From NCBI GenBank assembly GCA_048634245.1, contig JAIWAR010000002.1, positions 5,418 through 69,417 of the forward strand: DNA of 64,000 bases, given 5' to 3'. Shown in pieces: positions 1-8,035 of the stretch (the first letter of the stretch is position 1; each line of letters starts with the position of its first letter). This stretch comes from Methanosarcinales archaeon. Its GTDB lineage: Bacteria; Omnitrophota; Gorgyraeia; Duberdicusellales; 4484-171. The position numbers and the translations under genes were made by a program. The notes beneath the pieces are model-generated. The model had not been told where the DNA came from. It ran no database searches and was given only the letters and a program-made list of their open reading frames with translations.

Positions 1-2412
1 CTATAAAACACTATCGAATTCAGCAATTACCATAAATTCACCCTCTTCTGAATTTGGAATACTAATGGGATCGTAATCGGGATTTAAAGACAAAAGAGTT
101 ATTTCTTCATGTTTCCACGATCCATCGTCAAATACCTTTTTTTTGCTTGTATATTTTTTTACAGTATATTTTCCACCTGTTTCGGGATCAGAGATACCAT
201 TATGCTGCACTAAAACAATTTTGTTTTGCCTAGTTCCTTCTACCCCCCATCGAAAAATGCAAAAACTATCATTGGGTATTAGTGGTTCCATAGAATGACC
301 GATCACCTTTGCCACAAACATTCGTCGGTTTAGTTTTTTGCCAATATTTGCCTTAGCCCATCCTTCTTCGTGACTACTCATACCTCGCCCAAAATTACCA
401 GCAGCTGCTTCTAGTGAATAGACTGGTAAATACTCAGTATATTTAAGATGCTCTTCAATATCTTGCTCGATCTTGTAAATTAATTGATCTTCTGCTGCGA
501 CTAAATCAGAAAGTTTAAGGGCTTTTCCTTCATCTATCGGCGTTCCTTCAATACGTGACTTAAAAAACCTCTCTATATCTTTATTCATAAAATAGACATA
601 ACATCCTTTCATCCCGCGGCTAAGTAACACTCTATAAGTATTTTTTATGAGATCAATAAAACCTTCTTTTGAACGCTTTACCACATTGTCAGATGATTTA
701 TGGGGGTTACCCACCCATTCTTGATTATCAAAATCATAAACTAAATCTTCGCCAAAAATAACTCCGACATAATCAAATTCAAATCCTTGCGCAGTATAAA
801 TACACCCCACCTGATTTATTCCATTTGGGTCATATGCCCATAATGAAGCCTTGGGAATTCCCGGAGCTAACCTTCGCGCTTCTGGCTTTGCATCCCAGGG
901 GCGTTTATAATCGCCGATAACAACATCATCTTTTAAAGTTCCATCTTCATTCGGCATAGACCAATCCCAACAAAATCCAGCAGTCACGCGTCCCGTGAAC
1001 CCACTTTTTACTTTTTCCCTTATTGCAGCTTCTAATTCAAAAGGAGATGGGAATATTCTAAAATCAAACTCTTCATGCTGGTCCCAAATAACATTGGCTG
1101 TTCGCTGTATACCGAGTGTATTATTTATCCAATTAACAAAAGCATCTGACCCATTACATCGAAATTGTGCTGCTAATTCATATTCGAACATCTTACAACC
1201 TTCATCATTAGCCCATTTTTTAATGTAGCTTACAGAACCTATTTCGTTAGGCCTTACAACCTGTTTATCATCTATAAGAAATACCGCTACTTTAGATGTA
1301 TGCAATAACTCTTCTATCTGAGAGAATTCTGATCTTTGTGCACGAGGGGTAAAACGGCTGTTGCTTGTTTTACGTATTCTATGTGCCTCATCGGCTATCA
1401 AAACATCTATGATGTTAGGTTCAGCTTGTGCGTAGCTATTAAAATATTTAAATTGCACAGATCCACGCGAGCCAATAATCTTACGGAGCGTTTCCGTAAA
1501 TGCTCTAGACCCTGTTGCATAATGTGCATTAAATCCTTTGAGCGATAAGTCCGCCATAAGATTAATAGCTATTACTGATTTCCCCGTACCTGGGCCACCC
1601 TTAATTATTAAAACTGTTTTTTGTTTGTCTCGAAATCCTCTTTTTGCGCAAGAAAGCACTTTATCGTAAACGATTAGCTGTTCATCAAGCAAGATATATT
1701 CACTTTTTCCTTTTATTATATTACCTACGTGACCCATTAATTTTTTACTTGGCCGGTATTTGCTTTCTTCAACTCTTTTAAGAACGCTTAGCCCCTCACC
1801 TCTTGACATTTTACTAGCTAAATAATCTGCTAACTTATCTACATCATCAGCCGTAAATAAAGGGTACTTAGATAATACGGCAGAAAATTTATCTGAAAAT
1901 ATAACATCTTGATTATAGTAATTATAATTATGAAGATAAGCGCAGGCCCTTAATTTTACAGGATTGTAATCAGTATTAAAGGTGGTATGGGTATCTTGCA
2001 GATACATTTGATATTGACCAACTTGCACTGCTGGATGAAGCACCTCTCTTTTAGCTCCTCCAACCCATGTCAAAACTTCATTATCTCCGGCTGCTTCCTC
2101 ACATTTATCCCATTGTTTAAGCTCTACTATAACAGCATTATCTTCCTTGGAGTCATCTTTGCCACAAATCATACAATCTAATCTTTTTGAAGTTAACGGT
2201 AATTGATACTCTAAAATAACACCATGATCGAATAAGTTTGCATATTGAAAAACTTGAGAAATTGATCTTAGTGAATTACGCCAAGAATTGACTTCTGCCG
2301 GGGCCGGGTTGTAGCGGAAATAATTGAAAAATGCAAGTTTTAGCTTTTCGGCAATTTGATTCTGAATGGTATCATCTATAAACTGCTGAGAGCTTCCTGA
2401 ATAAAGTCTCAT
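1..2412 (-). CDS. DUF2075 (Schlafen group 3-like) nuclease-helicase with C-terminal S24/LexA-type peptidase domain
   Basis: N-terminal PD-(D/E)xK-like 'RLDCM...IVELKQW'; Walker A GGPGTGKS; Walker B IADEAHR; 'TAQGFEFDY', 'YRVLLSRG'; C-terminal 'AAAG...GHSMEP...TVKK' S24 signature. Confidence 0.85.
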   Translation of the reverse strand: MRLYSGSSQQFIDDTIQNQIAEKLKLAFFNYFRYNPAPAEVNSWRNSLRSISQVFQYANLFDHGVILEYQLPLTSKRLDCMICGKDDSKEDNAVIVELKQWDKCEEAAGDNEVLTWVGGAKREVLHPAVQVGQYQMYLQDTHTTFNTDYNPVKLRACAYLHNYNYYNQDVIFSDKFSAVLSKYPLFTADDVDKLADYLASKMSRGEGLSVLKRVEESKYRPSKKLMGHVGNIIKGKSEYILLDEQLIVYDKVLSCAKRGFRDKQKTVLIIKGGPGTGKSVIAINLMADLSLKGFNAHYATGSRAFTETLRKIIGSRGSVQFKYFNSYAQAEPNIIDVLIADEAHRIRKTSNSRFTPRAQRSEFSQIEELLHTSKVAVFLIDDKQVVRPNEIGSVSYIKKWANDEGCKMFEYELAAQFRCNGSDAFVNWINNTLGIQRTANVIWDQHEEFDFRIFPSPFELEAAIREKVKSGFTGRVTAGFCWDWSMPNEDGTLKDDVVIGDYKRPWDAKPEARRLAPGIPKASLWAYDPNGINQVGCIYTAQGFEFDYVGVIFGEDLVYDFDNQEWVGNPHKSSDNVVKRSKEGFIDLIKNTYRVLLSRGMKGCYVYFMNKDIERFFKSRIEGTPIDEGKALKLSDLVAAEDQLIYKIEQDIEEHLKYTEYLPVYSLEAAAGNFGRGMSSHEEGWAKANIGKKLNRRMFVAKVIGHSMEPLIPNDSFCIFRWGVEGTRQNKIVLVQHNGISDPETGGKYTVKKYTSKKKVFDDGSWKHEEITLLSLNPDYDPISIPNSEEGEFMVIAEFDSVL

Positions 2413-2756
2413 AATTTATTATACTTAGTATGCTTTCCTCTAGCCTTTTCTACAGGATATTTCTTTTCATTTTTTGCTAATTTTTTTTCCATAGCACTAA
2501 TTAAATCTATACTTAGATTATCAGCTAGCTCAAAAAGATATAAAGCAATATCAGCTATCTCATCTTTAATTTCATCATGATTCTGCCTTGCGTATTCCTC
2601 CACCTCTTCAATAGTTTTCCACTGAAAATGCTCTAACAACTCAGAAGCTTCAAGAATGATTGAGACAGCCATATTTTTAGGATCATGGAATTGCATCCAG
2701 TCCCGGTCATCTCGAAATTTTTTAATTCTTTCAGTTATATTTTCTACGTCACTCAT
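2409..2756 (-). CDS. MazG-like nucleotide pyrophosphohydrolase
   Basis: 'RDWMQFHDPKN...EASELLEHFQW...DEIAD...KNEKKYP' MazG-like signature; ATGA overlap with the helicase gene. Confidence 0.9.
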   Translation of the reverse strand: MSDVENITERIKKFRDDRDWMQFHDPKNMAVSIILEASELLEHFQWKTIEEVEEYARQNHDEIKDEIADIALYLFELADNLSIDLISAMEKKLAKNEKKYPVEKARGKHTKYNKL

Positions 2757-2790
2757 AAAAAACCCCCATTTTAATTAGAGTAGCACTATA

Positions 2791-2817
2791 GAAATTCCGA
2801 AGACGGTTCACTTAATT
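2791..2817 (-). repeat. Boundary motif copy A (degenerate)
   Basis: + strand GAAATTCCGAAGACGGTTCACTTAATT; 17/21 identical to the reverse complement of 8567-8587. Confidence 0.65.
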
Positions 2818-2868
2818 ACCGAAAAAGAAATTACCCTCTTTATGTTAATAATATATTTAACTTCCCCC

Positions 2869-3069
2869 TTATAATTTTCTCCCCACTAACTTATCCAAAC
2901 TAACCCCAAACACATCTGAAAGTTTAATCAATGTCTTCAAGGTGGGATGTTTCGCTAACCCTTGTTCTATCTTGGTAATCGCATTAAAAGAAAGGCCTGC
3001 TTTCTCAGCAAGTTTTTGCTGAGACCATTCTTTTTGTTTGCGAAATTTCTTTACTCTTCCTGCTAACAT
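2869..3069 (-). CDS. XRE-family HTH transcriptional regulator
   Basis: 'WSQQKLAEKAGLSFNAITKIEQG...PTLKTL' classic HTH_3. Confidence 0.9.
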   Translation of the reverse strand: MLAGRVKKFRKQKEWSQQKLAEKAGLSFNAITKIEQGLAKHPTLKTLIKLSDVFGVSLDKLVGRKL

Positions 3070-3083
3070 CTTACTTGACCTAT

Positions 3084-3154
3084 TACTACTTTTGTGGTAT
3101 TACTTCTATAGCACTACTTTTGCCATATTTTAGTTAGGCTATTCTACCACTTTG
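3084..3154. promoter_or_regulatory. Repeated operator-like boxes between the XRE gene and the divergent small ORF
   Basis: TACTACTTTTG 3084, CACTACTTTTG 3112, TACCACTTTG 3145; the first forms the palindrome TACTAC-N4-GTGGTA; minus-strand extended -10 TGgTAGAAT at 3141-3149. Confidence 0.5.
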
Positions 3155-3192
3155 ATAGACTTTGAAAAAGAAAAATTTCGGAGATAAAACCT

Positions 3193-3390
3193 ATGCTCTG
3201 GTTCCTAAGCAATTTCCTCCACCCCTACCTCAAACCTAAATACATCTGGGTTAAGGTGCGGATACGGTATGAGACTGAAAAGGCTATTCTTGTATTATGT
3301 AAAGGAGCGAAAGTTTGGCTTCCTAAATCGCGGATAGACAAGATAAAGTTTAAGAGAGGAGTGTTTTGGATTTATGTGCAGATGTTTTGA
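3193..3390 (+). CDS. Small hypothetical protein (phage/MGE-like)
   Basis: 65-aa ORF with GGAG upstream; 'ETEKAILV...WLPKSRI' pattern recalled from small mobile-element proteins. Confidence 0.55.
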   Translation: MLWFLSNFLHPYLKPKYIWVKVRIRYETEKAILVLCKGAKVWLPKSRIDKIKFKRGVFWIYVQMF

Positions 3391-3541
3391 TGTTGGGTGG
3401 GCACGGTTTGGGCACAACCCAAAAAGCTTAATTTCCCTTTTTTAGAAATCATTTTTTAATTATTTTTAGTTTCTTTAGAAAAAAATACGTAACCAATTGA
3501 TTTTCAATAGGTTAAAGATTTGAAAAAAACACACCTCCCCC

Positions 3542-3569
3542 TTGACACCGAGACTCGATATGTTATATT
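3542..3569 (+). promoter_or_regulatory. Sigma70 promoter antisense to the NYN gene
   Basis: TTGACA 3542-3547, 16 bp spacer, extended -10 TGtTATATT (3561-3569). Confidence 0.7.
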
Positions 3570-3575
3570 TACTAC

Positions 3576-3640
3576 GCAGGCTAGAAATAGACCTGCTAAC
3601 TCACGCGGTCCCGTTCGAAAGAGCGGGATTTTCGCATTTT
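3576..3640 (+). ncRNA. Putative ~65-nt small RNA with two GAAA-tetraloop hairpins, antisense to the NYN 3' end
   Basis: GCAGGCTA-GAAA-TAGACCTGC (3576-3596) starts at the predicted TSS; GGTCCCGTTC-GAAA-GAGCGGGATT (3607-3630) is followed by T-rich sequence; G-U pairs only form on the + strand. Confidence 0.6.
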
Positions 3641-4261
3641 AGGGCCTTGATACCAGTGCCCAAAATTTACAAATTTAGTTAAAACCCCCCACAGTTCTTT
3701 TGCGACTTGGCCTCTCACTCCAAAAACATAAATATTTTTACCTTTTAGTTTTAACCGATTGAGGGGTTCCTTGAAGTCTGAATCACCAGAAAAAAGTAAA
3801 ACACCAGACACCCTATCCACCACATCTAACATATCGAGTGCGATTTCTACATCAAAATTACACTTTGGTTCTTCTATCACAACCTTTTGGCTTTGAAGAT
3901 ATTCAATTAGCTCGTCCAACTTAGAATGTGCATTGCCATCAAAGAGTTCAAGAGTCCCGGATTTAACGAATAATTTTCTAGTTATTTTTTTCTTAATCCA
4001 TTTCACAGGCTTATTAATTACAATTGCTCCTTTACTTCTTAATACTTTATGGAAATTTTCAGATTTTTTGAAATCGCGATAGTTTACCCCGTAATATATA
4101 CGGATTTCCTTTAATGCAGTTATTTTAAATAACTGCTTAATAACAAAATAGATTGAAAATTTCCATTTTAAGCTATCTTGCCAACCAAACATATTGCTTA
4201 AATCGAGATATGCAATAAGGCTGGTTTCCCTAAAAAACTCATAAGTCTTATTTCTTTCCAT
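3596..4261 (-). CDS. NYN-domain (LabA/DUF88, PIN-like) putative ribonuclease
   Basis: 'AYLDLSN', 'KCNFDVEIALD', 'LFSGDSDF' acidic motifs; the likely start is ATG 4261, because the longer GTG start at 4300 lies inside a repeat motif. Confidence 0.85.
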   Translation of the reverse strand: MERNKTYEFFRETSLIAYLDLSNMFGWQDSLKWKFSIYFVIKQLFKITALKEIRIYYGVNYRDFKKSENFHKVLRSKGAIVINKPVKWIKKKITRKLFVKSGTLELFDGNAHSKLDELIEYLQSQKVVIEEPKCNFDVEIALDMLDVVDRVSGVLLFSGDSDFKEPLNRLKLKGKNIYVFGVRGQVAKELWGVLTKFVNFGHWYQGPKMRKSRSFERDRVS

Positions 4262-4274
4262 TATATATGTTTTT

Positions 4275-4311
4275 GAAATTCCGAAATTCCGGTGACACAA
4301 TACTTAATTGT
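4275..4311 (-). repeat. Boundary motif copy B with tandem GAAATTCC echo
   Basis: + strand GAAATTCC-GAAATTCCGGTGACACAATACTTAATTGT; near match to the reverse complement of 8539-8563. Confidence 0.75.
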
Positions 4312-4368
4312 ACAAATTCCGTGGAATTCAGTGAAAAACTACCGTCAGATATAATAAACTCCTTATTC

Positions 4369-5349
4369 CTATGAATTTAGTTCTTTCTCTAATCCCTCTA
4401 TCACACCCAAAAGCTCATCAAAATTCGGGTATTCACCAAATATCATCTGCTCCATGTCAGCGTAATCTTTCCTTAATGCACCTGTTAAAGATTCATTTGG
4501 CATTAAAGCAAAAGTGCCTGGTCTCGCAAGATCATCTCTTGCCCAAGAACTTGGAAAGAATTGCTTCTTAAATGTTACTACCTGTTCACAAAGAACCAAA
4601 TCAATAATAGCCGAATCTTTAATACCTTTTTTACACATCATCACAACATCATAGTAATGACGCGAATACCTATCTCTTGATTGTTTACCCGCTGAACGAT
4701 GATGTTCTTGATGCAATATCAGCACTTTTTCCCAAAATGTTCTCTCAGCCTTTATTGCATGTACACTTACCATAGGATCAGAAAACACACCTGGAAATTC
4801 TTCTGCCGCATACGGCTTTATATTATAGAAAGCATTTGGCTTCCATGCTGATCTAGGGCCTATTTCCAAAAAAATACGGTCCTGAATATATTTATCTGTA
4901 AAACTAGACGGATACTTAATAAATATTTTTGCGGTATCACCAGAGGTATTGATATCCAAGACACACAGGTCGCCAACAAGATCCTTAACTATCTGATAAA
5001 TCGTATCTTCAACAAATTTACACGACTTTTGTTTAAGTTCGGCATGCCAAGATTTCTTAGCTTTACCAGAAGTCCCTTCAGGAAGCTGACTCATCTGCAA
5101 AAGATTCCAATTCAGTACAAGATCAATGTCTTCTGAGAATCGCTCTATTACATTAAATACCTTTGAAAGGCTTGTCCCTCCCTTAAACATGATATTCTTA
5201 GAAAACATAGAATGTCTATACAGCTTCTGAAGGACCCAACATGCCCAGAAGTCCTTTTCTATAATTATTTCTCTTACCCCACGCTTTGCAGCACACTCGT
5301 GAAATATATCCGCACGCTGTTTAGGTGGCATCCTTGCAACTTTATTCAA
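4369..5349 (-). CDS. AbiEii-family nucleotidyltransferase toxin (type IV TA)
   Basis: 'IEKDFW', 'FKGGTSLSK', 'RFSEDIDL', 'ERTFWEK', 'RHYYD'. Confidence 0.9.
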   Translation of the reverse strand: MNKVARMPPKQRADIFHECAAKRGVREIIIEKDFWACWVLQKLYRHSMFSKNIMFKGGTSLSKVFNVIERFSEDIDLVLNWNLLQMSQLPEGTSGKAKKSWHAELKQKSCKFVEDTIYQIVKDLVGDLCVLDINTSGDTAKIFIKYPSSFTDKYIQDRIFLEIGPRSAWKPNAFYNIKPYAAEEFPGVFSDPMVSVHAIKAERTFWEKVLILHQEHHRSAGKQSRDRYSRHYYDVVMMCKKGIKDSAIIDLVLCEQVVTFKKQFFPSSWARDDLARPGTFALMPNESLTGALRKDYADMEQMIFGEYPNFDELLGVIEGLEKELNS

Positions 5350-5953
5350 TCTTATCTCCTAGTATATACTTGATATTATCATATACACTTCCTGACATAC
5401 CCTTAAAGTCTTTAGATATATTGTTTAGCTCATCATCACTAAAATATGATTTCATTTTAAGCAAATCATCATTACTAATATCCCCCGGCAAGAGCCCCTT
5501 AATAGCCTGCACAAGCAGAGCTGTCTCAGGATACTTAACCGCCATATCTCTTTTAAGTTGATGCTTGAACACAAGTTTTGTTTTACCTATCTTATACTTG
5601 CGATGCGGACCATCTGAATAATAAATAACTCTGCTGGGGACCTGAGCAGAAATACCAAGTATATTTAAAGCAGTATCACTTGAAGGATGTATATTCCAGC
5701 CGCATTTACGCGCAATAGCATCAGCGACCTTTGATATAGCCGGACTAATATATTGTTTAAGGATATCGCTATAAGAAGGATAATCATAGATTCCTGTCAT
5801 AACCCTTCTGATATTACCCTTCTTGTAAAGACGCACTAAAGCCTGACGCACAGCATCTCGTGATGCGATATCCCTGAAATCCACTGCAGAGAAAGCCCAA
5901 GACTTCTTTTTTGAACAAATTTTCCTAAATATTTTATCTTCAATACTATACAT
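5342..5953 (-). CDS. AbiEi-like antitoxin (DUF6088-type, N-terminal wHTH)
   Basis: 'FSAVDF...AVRQALVRL...IRRVMTGIYDYP', 'LNILGISAQVP'; overlaps the start of the toxin gene. Confidence 0.85.
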   Translation of the reverse strand: MYSIEDKIFRKICSKKKSWAFSAVDFRDIASRDAVRQALVRLYKKGNIRRVMTGIYDYPSYSDILKQYISPAISKVADAIARKCGWNIHPSSDTALNILGISAQVPSRVIYYSDGPHRKYKIGKTKLVFKHQLKRDMAVKYPETALLVQAIKGLLPGDISNDDLLKMKSYFSDDELNNISKDFKGMSGSVYDNIKYILGDKIE

Positions 5954-5960
5954 ATGCCAT

Positions 5961-6016
5961 ATTATACACTTTTGTCACAGAAATTTCAACTTTTTTGTGA
6001 CATTTTGTCACAGAAA
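5961..6016 (-). promoter_or_regulatory. abiE promoter with overlapping TGTCACA operator repeats
   Basis: Minus-strand TTGAAA (5984-5989)-17-TATAAT (5961-5966); TTTTGTCACAGAAA direct repeats at 5970 and 6003; inverted copy at 5992-6002. Confidence 0.75.
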
Positions 6017-6104
6017 GCAATAGACCTCCATGGATATTACCAAAGCTCAATTCACTGTAATATATAACAAAAACCTTTGTACAATCATGGATTTACGGTT
6101 GACA

Positions 6105-6194
6105 ATTCACAGGAAAAGTGGTATATTTTTTGCAAAAACCATAAAAACATTCAAAATTAACTAAAACAAAAAATATACCACTTTTCCTGTGAAT
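6105..6194. repeat. Perfect 28-bp inverted repeat with 34-bp spacer (MITE-like / promoter hairpin)
   Basis: ATTCACAGGAAAAGTGGTATATTTTTTG (6105-6132) and its exact reverse complement (6167-6194); flanked by ACA on both sides. Confidence 0.9.
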
Positions 6195-6238
6195 ACAATT
6201 CTTTTTTAAATTTCTACCTATTATCAAATCTTCTCTAC

Positions 6239-7411
6239 TCAATCACCATACTCGCGTAAATCATTAAATGCAGCTTTGATAGTTGATACATTGACATTAA
6301 AACGTTTAGCAAGGGCAGATTTTGATATGGAATATAAGTCTTTTCCTTCATCTTTAAGCAGTGCCTCGATTATACGAAGAAATTTTAAGCGCATAGTCAA
6401 CGCGCTTTTGTTTGTTCTAATAATAGACCTGGTGGGTATACTGAATTGAGATTGCTTCGCTTCGCTCGCAATGACGATAGGCTTCAGTGCTACAACAGCA
6501 TCTCTTCCAAAAACAAACTTTACGTTAATAAGATGATAGCGATTTTGTAGTTTTTTTAAGGTTTTAATTACTTGCCGCCTCAAAGCGCTATATGTCCATG
6601 AATCAGGCATGCCTAAACTTAAAGCCATAGCTTCTAAACTTATTAAAAATTCCTGTTTGCCGGTAGTCTGACTATGAGCTAAAAGTAATAGATAAAGATC
6701 CATAGCGCGTTCACCAGAGCTGGTAACCATACGAGAAAGATATTTTTTATTCAAAAGAAACTCTTTGGGAACAGATAAGCTTTTAGGCAGATTTTCCATA
6801 TAGGCCGGAATATAATGTCTTTTATCACGCGGCGCAGAAGATATAAGAAGGTTTTTAAGGCGTGATAGTTTTACTTGGGCTAAGTCCGGAGAATCGATCA
6901 GCGTAGAAGATTCAAAATTATTCTTCAGCGCTGAAATAGACCAATTAGCGCTGCCTTCAACTACATATCGACTATCAACCACTATAAGTTTATCATGAAG
7001 CCTGCGATTAGAGGGTATAAAATGAATGACAACTCCGGTATTTTCTAATTTCTTAAAAATAGAGCTCTTGATAAAAGGGTTCTCGCCTTTGTCAGAATCT
7101 CTGAAGCGGGTATTAAGATATAGTGTAACTTTAACGCCTCTTTCTCTTGCTTCCAACAAATCGTTAAGCAAAAGCCTTATCGGATTCCTAGTCTTTGTTC
7201 CCAGACTTATACTATATATAGAAATAACTATGGAATTTTGCGCATTATCTAAAAGCTGAATTACAGCTTCTTCGTAACTACGATCAGATATATCTTTTAC
7301 TTTGGCAGAATGAAATGTTTCTTCAAAATCACTGGAGTAAACAGAAGCAGCTAGAATAAAAGTAAAAAAGCCGAGGCTAACCCATGATGAAAGGAATTTT
7401 CGTCTACACAT
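6239..7411 (-). CDS. Phospholipase D/Nuc-like nuclease with signal peptide and C-terminal winged-helix-like region
   Basis: Hydrophobic N-terminus; single HKD motif 'LHDKLIVVD...GSANWS'; C-terminal 'AMDLYLLLL...ISLEAMALSLG...TLKKL' and 'SKSALAKRFNVNVSTIK' are HTH-like. Confidence 0.75.
   Translation of the reverse strand: MCRRKFLSSWVSLGFFTFILAASVYSSDFEETFHSAKVKDISDRSYEEAVIQLLDNAQNSIVISIYSISLGTKTRNPIRLLLNDLLEARERGVKVTLYLNTRFRDSDKGENPFIKSSIFKKLENTGVVIHFIPSNRRLHDKLIVVDSRYVVEGSANWSISALKNNFESSTLIDSPDLAQVKLSRLKNLLISSAPRDKRHYIPAYMENLPKSLSVPKEFLLNKKYLSRMVTSSGERAMDLYLLLLAHSQTTGKQEFLISLEAMALSLGMPDSWTYSALRRQVIKTLKKLQNRYHLINVKFVFGRDAVVALKPIVIASEAKQSQFSIPTRSIIRTNKSALTMRLKFLRIIEALLKDEGKDLYSISKSALAKRFNVNVSTIKAAFNDLREYGD
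6448..6475. repeat. REP-like palindromic element inserted in frame (encodes VIASEAKQS)
   Basis: GAGATTGCTTCGCTTCGCTCGCAATGAC with an ATTGC/GCAAT stem; GC-rich island in an AT-rich gene. Confidence 0.7.
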
Positions 7412-7414
7412 CAG

Positions 7415-7509
7415 TAAATATTATAGCAGGAAGGTGAAACTTGGAAAGAAACTTAGTCAACAGGAATATTTAAAACAATTTTCAATAATTAAGTGCGTGT
7501 CTCCAGAAC
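7415..7509. repeat. 95-bp direct repeat copy 1 (promoter module ending in boundary motif C)
   Basis: 87/95 identical to 8469-8563; minus-strand TGcTATAAT at 7420-7428. Confidence 0.9.
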
Positions 7510-7512
7510 CCC

Positions 7513-7995
7513 TTATTCCAACTTTGTCCGCTTTGGTATATTACCATTTTTGAAATGCTTATCGAGCCAGCCATTTTTCACATTTTCTCTTGAATCAAAA
7601 TGCGAAACATAGGGTTTAATATCTAACAAAGGTGTACCATCTAATATATCAACCTCTGAAAACGTAATAATATTACTCTCTACTTTTTCCAATTTCACAA
7701 TAGAAAACCCAATATGATTCGGCCTCATCGGACTCCTAATTGCAAATATCCCGTGTGATTCATCTTCAAGGAAGGGTCTGCCGATAAGCTTCTCATCTTT
7801 AGATCTATCAAAATAATAGATTAAAATAATATGAGAAAATCCTTCTATATCTTTAAGGCCCTGCCGATACTCTGAAAATAGCTCAGCCTGGCCAGTAACG
7901 CCTTTTTCAAATCTACCTTGGATAGGTATACCCTTTGGTTCTTTATATGGCGTATGAATTATGCCTATTGGTTTCAATTTTATCTCTTTTTCCAT
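7513..7995 (-). CDS. trmO: tRNA m6t6A37 methyltransferase TrmO/TsaA
   Basis: 'KPIGIIHTPY', 'GFSHI', 'GIFAIRSPMRPNHIG', 'DILDGTPLLDIKPY'; start ATG 7995. Confidence 0.85.
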   Translation of the reverse strand: MEKEIKLKPIGIIHTPYKEPKGIPIQGRFEKGVTGQAELFSEYRQGLKDIEGFSHIILIYYFDRSKDEKLIGRPFLEDESHGIFAIRSPMRPNHIGFSIVKLEKVESNIITFSEVDILDGTPLLDIKPYVSHFDSRENVKNGWLDKHFKNGNIPKRTKLE

Positions 7996-7996
7996 A

Positions 7997-8035
7997 TTAC
8001 ATCCAACATCCAAACGTCTTTACGAAAATCTTCAT
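7997..8035 (-). pseudogene. 12-codon ORF MKIFVKTFGCWM* resembling the N-terminus of MiaB-family methylthiotransferases
   Basis: AGGAG SD at 8043-8047; matches the MiaB-type 'MK.F/Y.KTFGCQMN' start; stop codon 1 nt before the trmO ATG. Confidence 0.6.
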
